Shown here: positions 59,178 to 64,000 of the stretch, piece after piece
Layout of the letters: each line of letters starts with the position of its first letter
How positions within the stretch are numbered: position 1 is the stretch's first letter
Assembly: GCA_039809985.1 (NCBI GenBank)
Contig: JBDHWC010000004.1
Coordinates: 1,405-65,404 of the forward strand
Reading direction: 5' to 3'
From: Thermomicrobiales bacterium
GTDB lineage: Bacteria; Chloroflexota; Chloroflexia; Thermomicrobiales; UBA6265
DNA: 64,000 bases
Position numbers and translations under genes: made by a program
The notes under the pieces: generated by a model
What the model saw: the letters and a program-made list of their open reading frames with translations, nothing else
Database searches by the model: none
Told to the model about the DNA's origin: nothing

Positions 59178-60848
59178 ATGCCCGAGATCGACAGCGAGGT
59201 CGACCCGCTCTGGTTCAAGGACACGATCTTCTACGAGGCCCCGGTCAAGTCGATCATGGACGCCAACGGCGACGGCGTCGGCGACTTCCGGGGGATGATC
59301 CAGCGCCTCGACTACATCCGCGACTTGGGGATCGGCTGCATCTGGCTGCTGCCGATGTACCCGTCGCCGCTGCGCGACGACGGGTACGACATCAGCGACT
59401 TCCGGTCGATCAAGGAGGACTACGGCACGCTCGAGGACATGAAGGCGTTCCTCGACGCGGCCCACGTCCGCGGCATCCGGGTGATCGCCGACCTCGTCGT
59501 CAACCACACCTCCGACCAGCACCCGTGGTTCCAGGCGGCGCGGAGCGACCCTGCCTCGCCGTACCGCGACTACTACGTCTGGACGGACGACCCGAGCACC
59601 TACCAAGGGGTGCGGATCATCTTCACCGACACCGAGGTCTCGAACTGGACGTTCGACCCGGTGGCCGGCCAGTACTTCTGGCACCGCTTCTTCAGCCACC
59701 AGCCGGACCTGAACTACGACAACCCGAAGGTGGTCGAGGAGCTGTTCGACATCGTCCGCTTCTGGCTCAACCTCGGTCTCGACGGCTTCCGCTGCGACGC
59801 CGTGCCGTACCTGATCGAGCGCGAGGGGACCATCTGCGAGAACCTGCCGGAAACGCACGACATCCTCGCCCGGCTGCGGCGGATGGTCGACGAGGAGTTC
59901 CCGGGCAAGATCCTGCTGGCCGAGGCGAACCAGTGGCCGTCCGAGGTGGTCGCCTATTTCGGGACCGAGGAGGCCCCCGAGTTCCAGATGGCGTTCCACT
60001 TCCCGCTCATGCCGCGCATCTTCATGGCGATGCGGCAGGAGTCGCGGACGCCGATCGTGGAGATCATGGCGCAGACGCCGGAGATCCCCGAAGGCTGCCA
60101 GTGGGCGATCTTCCTGCGCAACCACGACGAGCTGACGCTCGAGATGGTGACCGACGCCGAGCGCGACTACATGTACTACGAGTACGCCAAGGACCCGCGG
60201 ATGCGGATCAACGTCGGCATCCGGCGTCGTCTGGCGCCCCTGCTCGACAACGGCCGCAAGCAGATCGAGATGATGAACTCGCTCCTGCTCTCGATGCCCG
60301 GCACGCCGGTGATCTACTACGGCGACGAGATCGGGATGGGGGACAACATCTACCTCGGCGACCGGAACGGGGTGCGGACGCCGATGCAGTGGAGCAACGA
60401 CCGCAACGCCGGCTTCTCCCGCTGCGACCCGGCGCGGCTCTACTCGCCGGTGATCATGGACCCGGTCTACGGTTACGAGGCGGTCAACGTCGAGGCCCAG
60501 GAGCGCCTGCAGACCTCCCTCCTGCACTGGATGCAGCGCTTCATCGCGGTCCGCAAGCGGCACAAGGCGTTCGGCCGGGGCACGCTCGAGTTCCTGCACC
60601 CGGAGAACCAGCGGGTGCTGCCGTACCTCCGGCAGTACCGGGACGAGACGATCCTCTGCGTCGTCAACCTGTCCCGCTACGTGCAGTACGCCGAGTTCGA
60701 CATGGCCAAGTTCGCCGGCTGGACCCCGGTCGAGCTGATCGGCGGCGCGGTCTTCCCGACCATCGGCGAACTGCCGTACCTGCTGACCCTCGGGCCGCAC
60801 AACTTCTACTGGTTCGAACTCAAGCCGCCGGGATGGCAGCAGGGGTGA
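59178..60848 (+). CDS. treS: Trehalose synthase / maltose alpha-D-glucosyltransferase
   Basis: It carries '[12 protein letters not shown]', '[10 protein letters not shown]', 'DLVVNHTS', '[10 protein letters not shown]', 'LLAEANQWP' and '[11 protein letters not shown]', the GH13 catalytic regions. Confidence 0.93.
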   Translation: MPEIDSEVDPLWFKDTIFYEAPVKSIMDANGDGVGDFRGMIQRLDYIRDLGIGCIWLLPMYPSPLRDDGYDISDFRSIKEDYGTLEDMKAFLDAAHVRGIRVIADLVVNHTSDQHPWFQAARSDPASPYRDYYVWTDDPSTYQGVRIIFTDTEVSNWTFDPVAGQYFWHRFFSHQPDLNYDNPKVVEELFDIVRFWLNLGLDGFRCDAVPYLIEREGTICENLPETHDILARLRRMVDEEFPGKILLAEANQWPSEVVAYFGTEEAPEFQMAFHFPLMPRIFMAMRQESRTPIVEIMAQTPEIPEGCQWAIFLRNHDELTLEMVTDAERDYMYYEYAKDPRMRINVGIRRRLAPLLDNGRKQIEMMNSLLLSMPGTPVIYYGDEIGMGDNIYLGDRNGVRTPMQWSNDRNAGFSRCDPARLYSPVIMDPVYGYEAVNVEAQERLQTSLLHWMQRFIAVRKRHKAFGRGTLEFLHPENQRVLPYLRQYRDETILCVVNLSRYVQYAEFDMAKFAGWTPVELIGGAVFPTIGELPYLLTLGPHNFYWFELKPPGWQQG

Positions 60849-62344
60849 GCCCCCTCGTCCTCGACGCCGACCACGCGCCGACCGCCGCCGAGGCCGTCGA
60901 CCGCCTGCCGGACTGGCTGGCGCGCGCCCTGCCCGCTGCGCTGCACGACTGCCGCTGGTTCGGCGACAAGGACCGTGACGTGCGCACGGTGCGCGTGGTC
61001 GACCTCGCGGTCGACCCGGACGACGCGGGCTGGTTCGCATGGGCCCGGCTCTCCGTCGAGTTCGAGCGCGGCCCGCTCGCCGACTACGGGATTCCGCTTG
61101 CTGCGCAGGCCGGCCGCGCGGTCGACGCCTACGTGGTCGTCGAGACGCCGAGCGGGGCCTGGTCGGTCGTCGACGGGGTTGCGAGCGACCGCTTCCCGGC
61201 GTGGTGGCGGCAGCGACAGTCGGCCGGCGGCGCGATCGCCGCGCAGCACGGCCGGCTGGAGTTCGTGCCCCTGCCGGGCCTCGCGGCGCGGGAGGCGGCG
61301 CTGGACGCGGAACCGGGCCGTCTGCTCGCGGCGGAGCAGAGCAACACGAACCTGCGCTACGGCGACACGATGGTCTCCAAGCTGTTCCGGCGTCTGGAGC
61401 CGGGGCTCAACCCCGACGTGGAGGTCAGCACTCGGCTGTGGCAGGCGGCCGGCTTCCGGGCGATGCCGGAACCGCTTGCAACCGTCGCCTACCGCGACGC
61501 CGAACTCTGGACGGTCGGCTTCTCGCAAGCGTTCGTGGCCAACCGGGGCGATGGCTGGGCCTGGGTGCTGGACGGGCTGCGCGACGTGGCGGACGACCGC
61601 GACGCCGCGCCGCTGGTCGAAGCGGTGCGAACGCTCGGGGAACGGACGGCGCAGATGCACGCGGCGCTGGCCGTCTGCGGCGACGACGACGCGTTCGCGC
61701 CGGAGCCGATCGACCCGGTCGCCTGCGGCGCGCTGGTCGCGTCCGCCGGCGAGAACCTCGGCCGGACGCTCGGCGCGTTGCGGGTAGTCGGCCCGACGCT
61801 GCCGCCCGAGCTTCGGGATGCCGCGGCCCGCGCCGTCGCCGCCGAGACGCGGCTGCGGGAGCGGCTGGACGGGTTCCGGGCGCTTGTCGGGACCGTTGCC
61901 GTCCGGGTCCACGGCGACTTCCACCTCGGGCAGACCCTGCGGACCGTCGAGGACGACTGGGCGATCCTCGACTTCGAGGGCGAACCGGCCCGGCCGATGG
62001 CCGAGCGACGGCGCAAGCAGTCGGTGCTGAAGGACGTCGGGGGCATGCTGCGGTCGCTCGACTACGCTCGAGGGACCATCGTCGCGTCGATGCCGGACCG
62101 CGCCGCGCGAATGGCCGACTGGCTGCTGACGGCGCGGACGGCATTCCTCGGCGCGTACCGCGCGGTGCTGGCCGACCCGGGCGCGGCCCCGCTCGTCCCG
62201 GGCGACGAGGACGCGTTCGGGCAGGCGCTGGACGCGTGGGTGCTTGACAAGGCGCTCTACGAGGTTCGCTACGAGTTGGCGAACCGCCCCGCGTGGGTGG
62301 GGCTGCCGCTCGGCGCGTTGCTGCGAGATCCCGCCCAGCCCTGA
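60833..62344 (+). CDS. mak: Maltokinase (Pep2/Mak-like aminoglycoside-phosphotransferase fold)
   Basis: It carries '[28 protein letters not shown]', '[10 protein letters not shown]' and '[11 protein letters not shown]'. It overlaps the treS 3' end. Only the last ~504 aa of the 1452-aa track ORF are real. Confidence 0.8.
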   Translation: MAAGVSPLVLDADHAPTAAEAVDRLPDWLARALPAALHDCRWFGDKDRDVRTVRVVDLAVDPDDAGWFAWARLSVEFERGPLADYGIPLAAQAGRAVDAYVVVETPSGAWSVVDGVASDRFPAWWRQRQSAGGAIAAQHGRLEFVPLPGLAAREAALDAEPGRLLAAEQSNTNLRYGDTMVSKLFRRLEPGLNPDVEVSTRLWQAAGFRAMPEPLATVAYRDAELWTVGFSQAFVANRGDGWAWVLDGLRDVADDRDAAPLVEAVRTLGERTAQMHAALAVCGDDDAFAPEPIDPVACGALVASAGENLGRTLGALRVVGPTLPPELRDAAARAVAAETRLRERLDGFRALVGTVAVRVHGDFHLGQTLRTVEDDWAILDFEGEPARPMAERRRKQSVLKDVGGMLRSLDYARGTIVASMPDRAARMADWLLTARTAFLGAYRAVLADPGAAPLVPGDEDAFGQALDAWVLDKALYEVRYELANRPAWVGLPLGALLRDPAQP

Positions 62345-62403
62345 CGTGCGACCCTGCCGGTCGCCGGGTCGGCCGCCGAGGAGTCGGATGGGGGCGCAAG
62401 GAC

Positions 62404-62445
62404 GACGGGCTGTCGCGGACGACGCGACAGCCCGTCTTGCTTCTT
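62404..62445 (+). terminator. Intrinsic terminator (hairpin plus T-rich tail)
   Basis: GACGGGCTGTCGC-GGACGAC-GCGACAGCCCGTC is followed by TTGCTTCTT. Confidence 0.7.
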
Positions 62446-62469
62446 GGCGAGGGTTGAGGTGCGCCGTGA

Positions 62470-64000
62470 CTACCGCTTGCCGGACCGCACGACCTCGATC
62501 GCCTCGACGATCGGGTGTCCTTGGCGATTGCGGAACTCGCGGTAGTCGATCGCCGGGAACGGGTTGTCCCGCTCCTGCAAGTCGGCGAGGAAGGCGCGGT
62601 CGTTGTCGGACGGCGCGGCGTGCTCGACGATGTCGGCCAGTCGGTTGAAGCGTTCGACGTGCTCCGAGAAGCGTTGCGCCGCGTACTCCTTGGCCTGCCC
62701 GGTGGTGACGAGGAACGGCCAGTCGCTGCTCTCGAGCAGGAGCAGTTCGCGGGCGGCCTGGTCGAGGAAGGCGCGCATCTCGCCGTTGGCGTCCGGGTGG
62801 GCGGCGACGAGTTGCTCCATGCGTCGTTCCGCCTCGTGGATCGGCGGCCACATCCATTGCGTGTCGACGTTCAGCCACGTGAAGTGGCCGCCGCCCGCGC
62901 CCCAGCTCGACTCCGGCAGGTCGAGCACGCGGTCGGGCGCGTGGTCCTCGACGATCGCGGTCGCGGTCGAGAGTTCGACGACCTCGCTCTTGGCGAGGCG
63001 GCGGAGCACGCCCTTCAGCCAGTCGACGCCCTCGAACCACCAGTGGCCGAAGAGCTCGGTGTCGTAGGCGGAGGAGATGACGCCGAACTGGCCGGTCTCG
63101 CGGTGGTAGTCGGCGAGGAGCTGCTCGACCAGCCCGACGTAGTGGGCGACGTGCTCGGCGACCCGCTCAGCGGCGAGGTGCGGCTCGTACGGCGGCTTGC
63201 TCCCGAGATCGGCGTTCCGGTCGCCGATCCGCCAGTAGCGCAGGCCGGAGATGCCGTCCTTGCGGTGGAACTCGCGGTACCAGTAGTCGCCGGGGTAGCC
63301 GAACTCGCCGGACCAGACTTGTTGGCCGGTGCGGTTGTTGCGGCCGAGCACCGCGACGAGGCCCGGCGCGTCGCCGACCCAGTAGGGTCGGAAGGTGGTG
63401 CCGTGGGAGTGCCGCTCGTGCTCGGCGAGGGCGGTGACGGCGTACCGGCGCGGGATCTCGCCGTAGGGGCCGATCGAGTCGCCGGCGGCCTTGCCGACCG
63501 GACGGCCGCCCTCGACCGTGTGGGTCTCGGAGAAGAAGACCCGCAGCCGCTCCTCGGCGAGGAACGACTCGAGGCCGGGCCGGCGCACCGTGCGGCCGCT
63601 CTCCTCCTCCAGCAGCGCGGGCCGGTACGCGCACTCCGGCAGCCAGATGGCGCGCGGCGCCCGCCCGAAGTGGCGCTTGTAGGTCTCGACCCCGGTGCGG
63701 AGCTGGCCGTGGATCGAGGAGTCGCGAGCGAGAAGTGGCAGGTAGCCGTGGGTGGCGGCGCTGGTCGCGATCTCAACCATGCCGGCGTCCTGCAGCTCCT
63801 TGAACGCGCCGAGCAGGCTGGAGCCGAAGCGGTCGCGGAAGGAGGTGAGGGAGCGGGCGTACCAGTGGTGGTAGAAGCGGGCGAGGTCGCGCATCGTCAC
63901 GTCGTCGGCGGCCTCGAACCGCTGCACGTCGTTGGCGGCCCAGGCCGACCGCTCGGCGGCGTAGGCGACGAAGTGGGCGATGATGTCCTTGTCGGCCAGC
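62470..64000 (-). CDS. GH57-family alpha-glucan branching enzyme (partial, N-terminus beyond the window)
   Basis: It carries 'ATHGYLPLL', 'AIWLPECAY', 'SAYDTELFGHWW' and 'ESSDWPF'. The frame stays open to the window edge. Confidence 0.85.
   Translation of the reverse strand, partial: LADKDIIAHFVAYAAERSAWAANDVQRFEAADDVTMRDLARFYHHWYARSLTSFRDRFGSSLLGAFKELQDAGMVEIATSAATHGYLPLLARDSSIHGQLRTGVETYKRHFGRAPRAIWLPECAYRPALLEEESGRTVRRPGLESFLAEERLRVFFSETHTVEGGRPVGKAAGDSIGPYGEIPRRYAVTALAEHERHSHGTTFRPYWVGDAPGLVAVLGRNNRTGQQVWSGEFGYPGDYWYREFHRKDGISGLRYWRIGDRNADLGSKPPYEPHLAAERVAEHVAHYVGLVEQLLADYHRETGQFGVISSAYDTELFGHWWFEGVDWLKGVLRRLAKSEVVELSTATAIVEDHAPDRVLDLPESSWGAGGGHFTWLNVDTQWMWPPIHEAERRMEQLVAAHPDANGEMRAFLDQAARELLLLESSDWPFLVTTGQAKEYAAQRFSEHVERFNRLADIVEHAAPSDNDRAFLADLQERDNPFPAIDYREFRNRQGHPIVEAIEVVRSGKR

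Noticed and set aside
57986-62344. A 1452-aa plus-strand ORF. The same pattern applies to 50044-53385, 49007-52279 (minus strand) and 46982-48952 (minus strand).
   Set aside because: These are composite frames. Only the 3' portions are genuine genes: maltokinase 60833-62344, CrtC-like 52267-53385, DinB 49007-49447 and rsmA 46982-47863. The upstream portions overlap other real genes in a different frame.

Overview
This is a high-GC (about 70%) bacterial chromosomal window, densely coding on both strands. I recognised no rRNA, tRNA, CRISPR array, transposase or integrase. Because of the GC content, the six-frame track is full of long antisense or out-of-frame ORFs, and I treat these as artefacts. 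About 55 real genes can be supported from motifs. They include two peptide-type ABC binding proteins and permeases, F420-type and M20 enzymes, pruA, upp, an ECF sigma/anti-sigma pair with two ferritin-like genes, argH, hspR-clpB, a PASTA Ser/Thr kinase, ispE, rsmA, selD, an MMPL transporter, mutM, a Sir2 deacylase and a treS-maltokinase-GH57 alpha-glucan cluster. Gene content fits Actinomycetota or Thermomicrobia-like Chloroflexota, and I cannot decide between them from sequence alone.

The items most worth a second look are:
1. A tightly coupled nurA-herA-mre11-rad50 operon plus an orphan fifth ORF (17.9-25.7 kb). This is the archaeal-style DNA-end resection set in a bacterium, and its HerA has a non-canonical P-loop.
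2. Two in-frame UGA codons that look like selenocysteine. One sits at the catalytic Cys position of SelD, so the ORF track truncates that gene. The other replaces a conserved metal- or redox-active Cys in a PCYCGC-family lipoprotein, making it a candidate new selenoprotein.
3. A structured repeat of about 115-120 nt, present as arrays in inverted orientation at 11.6 kb and 41.5 kb, which bracket about 29.5 kb.
4. An unusual PHP-AlbA_2 multidomain protein.

Every product call is motif recognition by eye. No database search was run.
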